Positions 9,864 through 18,420 of a DNA stretch of 64,000 bases are shown in pieces; positions within the stretch are counted from its first letter, which is position 1; each line of letters starts with the position of its first letter. The position numbers were made by a program, and so were the translations under genes. The notes under the pieces are model-generated. The model made no database searches and was not told the origin of the DNA. It worked only from the letters and a program-made list of their open reading frames with translations. The stretch is from Candidatus Uhrbacteria bacterium. Its GTDB lineage: Bacteria > Patescibacteriota > Patescibacteriia > UBA9934 > GWF2-40-263. Location: assembly GCA_016844925.1 (NCBI GenBank), contig JAERTI010000043.1, positions 133,110-197,109 of the forward strand, read 5' to 3'.

Positions 9864-9887
9864 AGGGCGGGGTCTTGCGGAGGTCTC

Positions 9888-10271
9888 CTAGTCTATCTCG
9901 ATGACCGGGACCGTTTTTTCCATTTCATCCTTGTTCATCGTTATCGTCAAGATACCTCGCTTAAGTGTGGCATCGACGCTATCGCCGTCAACGTGGCAGG
10001 GGAGGATAATCGTGCGAGAAAAGGCGCCCCAATGACACTCCTGCACATGGAGCCGTTCATCTGATCTTGATTCACAGCCATGATTCCGACTACCTCGGAT
10101 TGTGAGGGTGTCGTCTGAGAGGGTGATTTCCAGGTCTTCAGCGCGTACGCCTGCTATGGCCGTACGGATGGTGATTTGCCTTGGGCTCTCAAGAACATCA
10201 ACAGAAAGCTTTCCCTCGTTGAGAGAGAGCCATTCGTGTCCGGATGCATCGATGAGATCCTGGGGTTTCAT
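9888..10271 (-). CDS. Hsp20/alpha-crystallin small heat-shock protein
   Basis: LSVDV..AGV..EDLEI..LTIRG..ECHWGAFSRTIILP..ATLKRGILTITM; start re-placed at 10271. Confidence 0.9.
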   Translation of the reverse strand: MKPQDLIDASGHEWLSLNEGKLSVDVLESPRQITIRTAIAGVRAEDLEITLSDDTLTIRGSRNHGCESRSDERLHVQECHWGAFSRTIILPCHVDGDSVDATLKRGILTITMNKDEMEKTVPVIEID

Positions 10272-10278
10272 AACGGCT

Positions 10279-11061
10279 TTATTGTACCTCATCCACCTTT
10301 AATGTTTCCATCTTTCCCGAGACGCTCCAGAGGAGGTTGAATAATTGCTCCATCATTTCCCGGAGAGAGCGGCTTTCAACCATCCAGTGAACCCCCTCGG
10401 ACTTTGTCGTGAAAAAGGCGACGGTATCGTCCCAGAATGAGATGTTTGCTCGAAATGTTAACTCACGGGGGAGGAAGCGTGCTTCGCGAAGTTCTTTTTG
10501 ATGGATGCCTGCGTTGTACTTTTTGATTTCGTGTTCACGCACACGCAGGCTCTTGAGCTCTACGCCCGCTTTCGTGCGCCGGCGTGTGTAATGGTACTTC
10601 TCACCAATCACATCCTGGAAGTCTTTTGCGGAGACGATTTCATAGACCACGCCGCTTTTGCAGGCGAGGGAGGCGTTGAAGATCTCGGTCACGCGTTCGC
10701 GAGTGAAGACGGTGAGGCGAGGGGTGGTGAGAGGCTCCTCCTTAACCTTCTCTAGCAACGGAAGGATGCCGGCGATCCCTCTGGCTTGCTCGGTGAGGAT
10801 TTGTTTGAACACTAATGGATCGCTCGCTCTGAACACAGAGCGGCTTTTTTGTTTGCTGACATCGATCACACCGCGATTTACGAGCCTGCCGATCGTCGAT
10901 TGCACTGTGCTTACGGGCATGCCGAGAGATTTTGCTAGGGGAGTGAGGGTGGTTTGCCCCATGGCCAAGAGGCCTAGATACACCTCTTGATCCTTAGTGT
11001 TAAAGCCAAAACCAGAAAGAACTTCGGTAATTTCTTTTTGGTTCGCTGGAGTGAGAGACAT
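10279..11061 (-). CDS. TrmB-like HTH transcriptional regulator
   Basis: FGFNTKDQEVYLGLLAMG..LAKSLGMPVSTV..LVNRG HTH; C-terminal domain typical of CPR TrmB-like proteins. Confidence 0.8.
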   Translation of the reverse strand: MSLTPANQKEITEVLSGFGFNTKDQEVYLGLLAMGQTTLTPLAKSLGMPVSTVQSTIGRLVNRGVIDVSKQKSRSVFRASDPLVFKQILTEQARGIAGILPLLEKVKEEPLTTPRLTVFTRERVTEIFNASLACKSGVVYEIVSAKDFQDVIGEKYHYTRRRTKAGVELKSLRVREHEIKKYNAGIHQKELREARFLPRELTFRANISFWDDTVAFFTTKSEGVHWMVESRSLREMMEQLFNLLWSVSGKMETLKVDEVQ

Positions 11062-11069
11062 ATTTACGA

Positions 11070-11134
11070 CGATTTTCGTAGAAATCGATATCGATGATTT
11101 ACCTAAATTGTAGGCTTTTTTCTTCTTTTGTCAA
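11070..11134 (-). promoter_or_regulatory. Promoter and candidate operator of the TrmB-like gene
   Basis: TTGACA-16-TACAAT on minus strand; palindromes CGATTTT-CGTA-GAAATCG and ATCGATATCGAT between promoter and ATG. Confidence 0.5.
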
Positions 11135-11228
11135 TCTAGCAACGATTTTTTAAGGCAAAAAAGTCGATCAGCTGCGATGATGCCTGTGCGTCGAGGGGAC
11201 GCAAACGTTCATTCCAATGGAGGTCATC

Positions 11229-11504
11229 ATGGCCAAGATCGTTCAAGGCGAGCAGAAGTGGTCTGCCGTGATTCGCTGTGCCCACCCCGTGTGTGGCATC
11301 GGCCTGAATCGCGTAGATGGGTGTTTCTCCCTAATCCGGATCGAGCTGAAAGACATTCAGCACTCGACGGACTGGGAGGGGGACACGACCTTCTGGGTCG
11401 ATTGCCCCGCTTGCGGACAGAAGCTGTATCCCGAGTGGCAGATCGGTAATGGGCCGCTCAACGTCATTCTGAGTAAGGAAAACAACGCACGGAGGACGGC
11501 ATGA
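11229..11504 (+). CDS. Small Cys-rich (Zn-ribbon-like) protein
   Basis: GGAGG SD; C..GC and CPACG; resembles next ORF. Confidence 0.7.
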   Translation: MAKIVQGEQKWSAVIRCAHPVCGIGLNRVDGCFSLIRIELKDIQHSTDWEGDTTFWVDCPACGQKLYPEWQIGNGPLNVILSKENNARRTA

Positions 11505-11779
11505 AGGTTCTCAGTCCCGGTCGCGCCCAGAAGGGCTGGGCGCAGGAGTTCGACTGCACGGGTAAGGGTAACGGTGGCGGCGGCTGTGGAGCTCGGCTTC
11601 TGGTCGAGTACGGGGATCTGTACAAGACGCACAGCTACGACTACGGCGGCGGTCACGACGTCTACATCACGTTCCGGTGCGGCGCCTGCGGCGTCGAGAC
11701 GGACATCAAGTACACCGGTCCCAATCGCAGTGGGATCCGCGACAAGACTCGTTCGAGCGGTGGAGGTTGGCGTGACTGA
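11501..11779 (+). CDS. Small Cys-rich (Zn-ribbon-like) protein
   Basis: ATGA overlap, GGAGG SD; CTGKGNGGGGCGA..CGACG. Confidence 0.75.
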   Translation: MKVLSPGRAQKGWAQEFDCTGKGNGGGGCGARLLVEYGDLYKTHSYDYGGGHDVYITFRCGACGVETDIKYTGPNRSGIRDKTRSSGGGWRD

Positions 11780-12191
11780 ACGACTCACGGTTGATGCCGT
11801 TCTCACTGACGGCACGCACATCCTGCTCATTGAGCGCGCGAAGGATCCCTACAAGGGGTGCCTGGCGTTCCCTGGTGGCCGCGTGGACCCTGGAGAGGAT
11901 TTGTTCACGGCCGCTGTGCGTGAGCTTGATGAAGAAGTGGGGCTCGTGCTCGACAAGGCGCTCTTGCTCCCGCTCACGGTGCTCGACATTCCCGGTCGCG
12001 ATCCGCGGCCTGGTCATGTCGCCGCGCATGTCTTCTGGGCGCACGTGGATCGCACGGTGATCGAGTCTGCTCGCGCAGCTTCGGATGCCAAGAGTGTGCA
12101 CATCACACGCCTTAACGAGATCGATCCTGCCGTCATGGCCTTCGATCACTACCTCGCCATCAAGGCTCTTCGCGAGCGCCTCGATGCCTAA
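11772..12191 (+). CDS. NUDIX hydrolase (ADP-ribose pyrophosphatase-like)
   Basis: Nudix box PGGRVDPGEDLFTAAVRELDEEVGL, RDPR, ASDA, AFDH; GTG start after GGAGG. Confidence 0.9.
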   Translation: MTERLTVDAVLTDGTHILLIERAKDPYKGCLAFPGGRVDPGEDLFTAAVRELDEEVGLVLDKALLLPLTVLDIPGRDPRPGHVAAHVFWAHVDRTVIESARAASDAKSVHITRLNEIDPAVMAFDHYLAIKALRERLDA

Positions 12192-12268
12192 CCCCCCGGT
12201 ATACGACCGGGGCTTTTTCTTTACAGGCGGGTCTATGGGGACTATGCTCCAGGCCGAGGAGGTGAGCT

Positions 12269-12805
12269 ATGCTTGCTCGATTGGAACGTGCTCTGGCGGC
12301 CCTGCCGCAGTGGCTCCATGATCCTGATCTTTGGTACAGCATGGACGTGAATTACCACCCCCCGAGGGTGGAGCGTTTGTACCGCAAGTTCGAAGATGGT
12401 CGAATCTTCCTGCACTGCATCTACCCCTGTGGGAGGGATGAGGCTCTCATACATCCGCATCCATGGCCCAGCGCCATGCTGGTGCTGAGTGGCCGCTACC
12501 GGACCATCGTGGGTGCTGGTGCGCAGCGGAAGCGTCCCGTCATGGTCATGGAATCGATGGTGAGCGCCACGCCGGAGGCAGACTATCGCTACACGATGGA
12601 TAACCCTGCGGGCTGGCATTCCGTGATTCCCGAGGGAGGTCCGGTGTACAGCATCATGGTGGCGGGTCCAAGGTGGTCTCGCTGGATTCCGGAGGAGACT
12701 CTCGCAATCGCCGGGCGCCTCACGACGTTGACCCCCAATCGTGTCAGTGAACTTCTCGAGACCGTTGCTGGTCTGTACGCACAACATCAGCGTGCCAACG
12801 CTTGA
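12269..12805 (+). CDS. Cupin-like hypothetical protein
   Basis: HPHPW..LSGRY and WHSV motifs; AGGAGG SD. Confidence 0.65.
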   Translation: MLARLERALAALPQWLHDPDLWYSMDVNYHPPRVERLYRKFEDGRIFLHCIYPCGRDEALIHPHPWPSAMLVLSGRYRTIVGAGAQRKRPVMVMESMVSATPEADYRYTMDNPAGWHSVIPEGGPVYSIMVAGPRWSRWIPEETLAIAGRLTTLTPNRVSELLETVAGLYAQHQRANA

Positions 12806-12875
12806 GCCAGACCCTTACGACAGGGTCTTTTTTCTTTGCATTAAAAAAACAGCCCGGAGGCTGTTTTTTTATCTG

Positions 12876-13565
12876 TTATTTCAACTCGTATTGCCTGAGC
12901 CATTCATAGAGCGGCCCGATCGTGAACCCCACGACGGCTGCCCACATGAGCTCCTGCAGAGGCACGCCCCCAATGAGGAACGTGGCCGCTGCATCGAGTT
13001 GCCAGAAGCCGGCGGCGTCGACGGGGAAGAGCCGGACAAAGAAGATTTGCTCGACGATGAAAACCAGACCGGCGAGGAAGAGTCCTGAGAGCAGGGCATT
13101 CATGAGTAGGTCGTGCCGGTCGGCAATGACGTACATTCCTATAAGGAGTCCTCCAGCAATCAGTGATTGAATGCTTGAGAGGTCAAAGACGTGAATGAGC
13201 AGGAGTGAGGAAAACGCCCAGAGGCCCATGACTAGGGTCAGGTGCGCCATCCAGTGTCCTGCGTGCTCTACGTGGTAGTGGCCTTTGCGGAGTTTATGCG
13301 CGTGTTTGCCAATGAGTACCTGGTAGATCACCGCAGCAATACCAAAGATGGAGAAGGCAAAGATGAGGTCTTCGATACCGATGGCCGTAGCGGTGGTGGA
13401 GACGAGCTGTCGGTAGTCCTCGGCAACGATGATGAGCACACCTGGTGCAAGAACAAGTCCCACAACAGACATAATGATCTGTTCACGACGTGTCTCGTTG
13501 GAGAAAAGGAACATCGCAAGCCAGACGATGAAAAAAATAATCGAGGCTAAAAGAAACGCTGTCAT
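12876..13565 (-). CDS. Lycopene-cyclase-domain-like membrane protein
   Basis: Multiple TM helices with repeated GIEDLIF / GVPLQELMW motif. Confidence 0.7.
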   Translation of the reverse strand: MTAFLLASIIFFIVWLAMFLFSNETRREQIIMSVVGLVLAPGVLIIVAEDYRQLVSTTATAIGIEDLIFAFSIFGIAAVIYQVLIGKHAHKLRKGHYHVEHAGHWMAHLTLVMGLWAFSSLLLIHVFDLSSIQSLIAGGLLIGMYVIADRHDLLMNALLSGLFLAGLVFIVEQIFFVRLFPVDAAGFWQLDAAATFLIGGVPLQELMWAAVVGFTIGPLYEWLRQYELK

Positions 13566-13588
13566 ATGCCCATAGTGTACCGTATCTC

Positions 13589-13617
13589 TTGACAGGCTGC
13601 TATCTGCTCGGTAGTGT
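13589..13617 (+). promoter_or_regulatory. Sigma70-type promoter of candidate ncRNA
   Basis: TTGACA-17 nt-TAGTGT. Confidence 0.65.
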
Positions 13618-13622
13618 CAGTC

Positions 13623-13963
13623 CATCGCTCTTTGTGTCCCTGCAGGGCCAGCCACCCTGAACCCTCCACCTCTTGGACTCTTGGTCCTGTGGGGGCACCC
13701 ATCTTCCTCTCGGAGTCGTGCGTTGGCATGTGGTGTCCGCGTCTCCTCCTACTTGGCCCCTTCACGTGCGGCCCCGAGAGGAACCTTCTGTGCTCCTCCA
13801 GCTCTGCCGGTACATCTCCCTGCCTCGATGAGACCGAATGAGCTGGGGGAGCCACCATCTCACGCTCCCGTGTTCCCTGTTTGCTTGTCCCATCCCCCCC
13901 CAGGCTCTGGACAGGTTGTAGCCGGGAGTGTCTTTCCCCCGTCGCATACGTGCGGCGGTTTTT
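13623..13963 (+). ncRNA. Candidate ~340-nt four-hairpin ncRNA with C/U-rich loops
   Basis: Stems 13634-13650/13682-13698, 13704-13713/13774-13783, 13792-13804/13840-13852, 13862-13870/13923-13931; terminator 13939-13963; no credible ORF. Confidence 0.75.
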
Positions 13964-13966
13964 ATA

Positions 13967-13995
13967 TTGACAGAGGGCTATCTCAGCGGTACGCT
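13967..13995 (+). promoter_or_regulatory. Sigma70-type promoter
   Basis: TTGACA-17 nt-TACGCT upstream of 14026. Confidence 0.65.
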
Positions 13996-14025
13996 CGCAG
14001 CCCCTCAAACGTTTAGGGAGGTCCT

Positions 14026-14967
14026 TTGCCCATTCAATTCCACATGGAGCCCAAGCGGCGGCCAATGAGCTGGGAGGCGTTCTGCAAGGAAATGCCCCCG
14101 CGTTCCATTGCTGTCGATGGGTTCGTGCACGGTCCGCCGCGCAACGACTACCAGAAGCTCTACTTCAACTTCGACCACCACGACGGTCCGCCGCGCGGGG
14201 CCATGCTCTGCTCTGGCCGTCAGGTGCGCGAGGCCATCCACGACGGTCTGCTGGACCTGCTCATGCCCACCGGCACGGAGGTGGTTCACATCTGGATGAA
14301 CGACTGCGACCCGGATGTGGCCCTGTGCTACTTCTGCCTCATGCAGCCGTGGAGTGTGGAGAACCTGGTGAACCCGGCGCTCAACCGTCTGTTCGGTCAC
14401 ATCGACCTGATGGACAAGCGCAGTGGCCTGGTGGACATGCATCGCGGTATCCCGATCGTCGGGCAAGCCGCCTGGGTGATGCAGCCCTACTGGGAGGCTC
14501 GATTCTCTGGTGCGCTGGATCAGAAGGATCCAGGGCTGCACATGAGCGTTCTTGAGAGCATCCGTGCTCGCATCAACGACTTCAGCGCCGCACGCCCACA
14601 GTCACTCCCCATCGACGAGCGGTACGACTCTCTCCACGAAGGTGCGCGCTGGGCGGTGGTGAGAGAACATGGGCCGCACGCCCGCATGGCCATGGCTAGG
14701 CGCGGTTTGCGCGGCTTCGTCAGCGTGCGCCCGCTCGCCGGTGGCAAGTTCTACTACACGCTCTGCCGCTACAGCGCGAGCATCTACTGGTTCCCACTCC
14801 CTGAGATCGCGGCACACCTGAACAAGGGTGAGCCTGCCGATGGTCAGTTCGGTGGCGGCGACATCGTCATGGGTAACGCCCGCGGCCCCGGCTCCCCGAG
14901 AGGCCCCAAGGAGATCTTCGAGGCCATCAGTGCCTTCCTGGCACAGAAGAACCTCACGCCCCCGTAA
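14026..14967 (+). CDS. Divergent DHH-like phosphoesterase-fold protein
   Basis: IAVDG, NFDHH, NDCDPD, GGG motifs; TTG start after GGGAGG. Confidence 0.55.
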   Translation: MPIQFHMEPKRRPMSWEAFCKEMPPRSIAVDGFVHGPPRNDYQKLYFNFDHHDGPPRGAMLCSGRQVREAIHDGLLDLLMPTGTEVVHIWMNDCDPDVALCYFCLMQPWSVENLVNPALNRLFGHIDLMDKRSGLVDMHRGIPIVGQAAWVMQPYWEARFSGALDQKDPGLHMSVLESIRARINDFSAARPQSLPIDERYDSLHEGARWAVVREHGPHARMAMARRGLRGFVSVRPLAGGKFYYTLCRYSASIYWFPLPEIAAHLNKGEPADGQFGGGDIVMGNARGPGSPRGPKEIFEAISAFLAQKNLTPP

Positions 14968-15050
14968 CCCTTACGGGGATTTTTAATTGAAGGAAAAAGA
15001 AAAACCCCGACGGTGGTCGGAGTGAGATCGCCCGTATGGCGACGTGAAGT

Positions 15051-15914
15051 TTAGAACAAGGCGATGATGTCCTTGATGGTCACCCAGGCGAAGAGGCCGA
15101 TCATGGCCAGCCCCCCGGTGATCACCGTGATGTTCTGGAGAATCTGTGTTCGCTTTCTCCCGAAGATGGCTTCGGGGATCATCAGCAGGATCCGTCCTCC
15201 GTCCAGTGGAGGGAAGGGGATCAGGTTGAAGATGACCAGCGAGATGGAGAGACTGAAGGCTCTGAAGAGGAGTTCGTGGAATCCTTCCTTCGTGGCCTTG
15301 CTGGTTTCGGCGATGATGCCCACCGGTCCTGTCATCTTCGCGTCCGGCATCTGCTCGTCGAGCTTGTCGGTGAAGATGAGGGTGTAGACGACGTATCCCA
15401 TGTACGGCACGGCCTTGACCGAGAGCTCGGTGGCCAGCGGAACGGACTGCAGCGGCGCCACGCGCATGTGGTGCGTCACCGCGCCCGTGGTGTCGAGGGC
15501 CGGGTCCGTGAGGACGAGGGCGTCTTCGGGGATGGGGTACCGGTCCGTCAGGTACTCGGCGTTCCCACGGTAGCCGATGTTCATCAGCGCAGTCAGGATG
15601 ACGATGGCGCCGAGGAGGTTCATCGCCGGACCTGCCAGGTAGATGATGAAGCGCTTGAAGAAGCTCTGCGCCTCCAGGCAGTCGTCCGTCAGCTCACCGG
15701 TCTCGAGCTCGCTCTTGATCGAGACAAACCCTCCGAAGGGGATGAGTCGCAGGGACCACGTGTGGCCCAACCAGGTTCGCTGGACCAGTGCCCGACCGAA
15801 CCCGATGCTGAAGTCGTTCACGGTCGCGCCCGCCCAGCGGGCCGCCAGGTAGTGGCCCATCTCGTGGATGAACACGAGTAGGGACAGCATCCCAAGGGCA
15901 ATGAGTACAGACAT
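15051..15914 (-). CDS. Site-2 protease (M50, RseP-like, no obvious PDZ)
   Basis: HEMGH, FSIGFG, LRLIPFGGFV, AGPAMN, GPVGI, NLIPFPPLDGG. Confidence 0.92.
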   Translation of the reverse strand: MSVLIALGMLSLLVFIHEMGHYLAARWAGATVNDFSIGFGRALVQRTWLGHTWSLRLIPFGGFVSIKSELETGELTDDCLEAQSFFKRFIIYLAGPAMNLLGAIVILTALMNIGYRGNAEYLTDRYPIPEDALVLTDPALDTTGAVTHHMRVAPLQSVPLATELSVKAVPYMGYVVYTLIFTDKLDEQMPDAKMTGPVGIIAETSKATKEGFHELLFRAFSLSISLVIFNLIPFPPLDGGRILLMIPEAIFGRKRTQILQNITVITGGLAMIGLFAWVTIKDIIALF

Positions 15915-16052
15915 TCGATCTCCTTATGCCGGCCGATGAGTATGTGGCATGAGGTGGAAGTTGTCAATGTATTGTACAAATAAGAAGAGAGTTTTTTGAA
16001 GTTTCATTGATCATTCTGTATATTGAAGTATATTTCTTAAAAGAAACAAGAT

Positions 16053-16292
16053 ATGTTTAAAGAAGGTGGTAGGGGTGATCGAGAGCCGTCTCCGGAAGAA
16101 CGAAGAGAAGAATTGTTTGCTGAACTACAAGACTTCATGGAGGAGTTTGGGAAGGAGTTTGACACCCCAAGCAAACGAAGTGATTTATCGGGCATTGATA
16201 TAGTTCGATTTGCGAGGGGGATGAAACTTTTTGAGGAGGTAAAACGATTGATCGTGGCGGATGTTGAAAAAAATGTTCCAACGAATGGGTGA
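16053..16292 (+). CDS. Small hypothetical protein
   Basis: 79-aa ORF in AT-rich context with TATG start. Confidence 0.5.
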   Translation: MFKEGGRGDREPSPEERREELFAELQDFMEEFGKEFDTPSKRSDLSGIDIVRFARGMKLFEEVKRLIVADVEKNVPTNG

Positions 16293-16347
16293 AGTAAGAG
16301 ATGTTGACCAGGTTGTCTGAGGGTAAACGAAATGGAAGATATTATTT

Positions 16348-16962
16348 ATGTACACAGGAATTATCCAAGCGCTCTGCCCGGTGGTGGAGTTGCAAGACAA
16401 ACCAGGACTCAAGAGCTTTGTCGTTGAGCTCCCAGAAAATCTTCTCGCCGGTCTTAAGCTCGGGGCCAGCGTGTCTATCGACGGCACATGTTTTACCGTC
16501 ACGTCCATTGATGGTCAGCGCGTAAGTTTTGATGCCATGCAGGAGACCCTCGATAAGACTACGATAGGCTCTCTTAAGCAGGGAGACTCGGTGAATATCG
16601 AGCGCTCTGCCAAGATGGGGGATGAGATCGGTGGGCACCCTATGAGTGGTCACGTTTCCACCATGGCGGAGATTATTGATATGCAAGAGAGTGAGAACAA
16701 TCGCTCCATGACGTTTAAGGTGCATCCTGATTGGATGCGTTTTGTTTTTTCAAAAGGGTTTGTTGGCCTAGATGGCGCATCACTAACGGTCGTCGATGCG
16801 GACAAAGATGCAGGGACATTCGTCGTCCACTTCATTCCCGAGACGCTCCGACTCACACGGTTCGGGACAAAGCAGGTGGGGGATAGGGTGAACGTGGAGA
16901 TCGATCCACAAACACAGGTAATCGTGGAGACAGTAGAGAGAGTTTTAAGTGAACAGAAATAA
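16348..16962 (+). CDS. ribE: Riboflavin synthase (alpha chain)
   Basis: MYTGII, SVSIDGTCFTV, VNIER, GGHPMSGHV, DGASLTV, VNVEID. Confidence 0.95.
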   Translation: MYTGIIQALCPVVELQDKPGLKSFVVELPENLLAGLKLGASVSIDGTCFTVTSIDGQRVSFDAMQETLDKTTIGSLKQGDSVNIERSAKMGDEIGGHPMSGHVSTMAEIIDMQESENNRSMTFKVHPDWMRFVFSKGFVGLDGASLTVVDADKDAGTFVVHFIPETLRLTRFGTKQVGDRVNVEIDPQTQVIVETVERVLSEQK

Positions 16963-16970
16963 TCAAATCT

Positions 16971-17375
16971 ATGTCCAAGAACATCGCACTCATTCTAGGC
17001 TCCTTTCACAAAAAAGAAGTCACCACCATGCTTGAGTCCGCTCGTGCCGTTGCAGCGGAGCGGGGCCTTGAGGTTGTTGAAGAAGTGTGGGTTCATGGCT
17101 CTATTGAAAAGCCTCTCGCGCTCAAGCGACTGCTTATGCGAGATGATGTTGATGGCGCAGCAGTCCTGGGAATCATTGAACGAGGGGAGACCAAGCACGG
17201 CTTTGTCATGGGGCAGGTTGTCTACGATGCGATCATTCGTCTGCAGCTGGAGTTCATGAAGCCTGTGGGGCTGGGGATCTTGGGTCCTGGAATCCTTCCA
17301 GAGCAGATCGAACCACGCTTGAAGAAGTACGCCGCCAAGGCTGTAGAGGCCATGGCCGACATGATGGAGAACTAA
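16971..17375 (+). CDS. ribH: 6,7-dimethyl-8-ribityllumazine synthase
   Basis: VHGSIEKP, LGIIERGETKH, KPVGLGILGP; adjacent to riboflavin synthase. Confidence 0.88.
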   Translation: MSKNIALILGSFHKKEVTTMLESARAVAAERGLEVVEEVWVHGSIEKPLALKRLLMRDDVDGAAVLGIIERGETKHGFVMGQVVYDAIIRLQLEFMKPVGLGILGPGILPEQIEPRLKKYAAKAVEAMADMMEN

Positions 17376-17565
17376 CACCTCACACTTACACGAACACGCG
17401 CCTTGAGCGCGTGTTTTTGGTTTTTCTAGGAGACTTCGTGTCACACAAAGCCTCTAAACGCTTGACAAGAATATTATTAAGTGTGAGTCTAACACTATCG
17501 TAAGTGTCAAACCAACACTTTCGTACGCCCCTTACAACTTGCACTCACATGTTTGGGAGGAACAC

Positions 17566-18420
17566 ATGTTCCAACTCGCCCATGCCTCCCTTGTGGGGGC
17601 GGATCATCGAAAGGACCTGCACGCCACCAATGGCCAGGACGCCCTGTGCGTCTTGCCACTTCTCGACTCTCCCTTTGGTGCTGGGTACATCGCGCTCGTG
17701 GCTGATGGCTGCGGGTCGGGTAGTCACACCGAGGTTGGGGCCAAGATCGGCGTGCGTTTGCTGGCGCAGGCGCTTGTCACGCACATGGAGAAGCTTCGGC
17801 CTCGCCATGAGGGTGGCCGGCTGAACTTCAAGGACGTGCTCGAACGCGCCCGTCAGGACGTGCTCGCCCGTCTGCGCATTCTCGCGCTGGACCTGGGCGG
17901 CTCTCTGACGGCCACGGTGAACGACTACTTCCTGTTCACCATCGTCGGCGCCATCGTGACCGAGCAGTACAGCTGCTTCTTCTCACGTGGTGACGGCCTG
18001 GTGGTCGTGGGCGGCGAAGAGATCTGGATTGAGCCGGACGAAGGCAACGCGCCTGTGTACCTGGGCTATGCCCTGGTGGACAGCTCGCTCCACAAGCACC
18101 GGCCGGACGCACTGCGTTTCGACATCCAGCGCTGCATGGCCACAGAACGTCTCGATCACTTCCTGGTCGGCACCGACGGCCTAGCTTACCTCAAGAATGC
18201 GGCGCACTTGCCGCTTCCTGGGAAGCAAACCCTCGTCGGTCCGCTCAGCCAATTCTGGAGCCAGGACAAGTACTTCACCAACCCCGACGCCCTCCGCAGG
18301 CGCCTGGCGCTCATCAATCGATCGCCTGTTCGTCCCGATTGGGAAGGACGGCGACTGATCAAGAGCGCAGGACATCTCAAGGATGACGTCGCATTGATCA
18401 TCGGACGGAGGATTCCATGA
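17566..18420 (+). CDS. PP2C-family protein phosphatase (TerY-P type)
   Basis: GADH..NGQDA, VADGCGSG, GDG, GTDG, DDVA; start re-placed at ATG after GGGAGG. Confidence 0.88.
   Translation: MFQLAHASLVGADHRKDLHATNGQDALCVLPLLDSPFGAGYIALVADGCGSGSHTEVGAKIGVRLLAQALVTHMEKLRPRHEGGRLNFKDVLERARQDVLARLRILALDLGGSLTATVNDYFLFTIVGAIVTEQYSCFFSRGDGLVVVGGEEIWIEPDEGNAPVYLGYALVDSSLHKHRPDALRFDIQRCMATERLDHFLVGTDGLAYLKNAAHLPLPGKQTLVGPLSQFWSQDKYFTNPDALRRRLALINRSPVRPDWEGRRLIKSAGHLKDDVALIIGRRIP

Noticed and set aside
13562-14065. Short ORFs over the candidate ncRNA (13562..14065 -, 13614..13841 +, 13681..14016 +) and 7525..7932 +
   Set aside because: No SD or convincing start context and no motifs; they cross promoter or terminator boundaries and have low-complexity translations.
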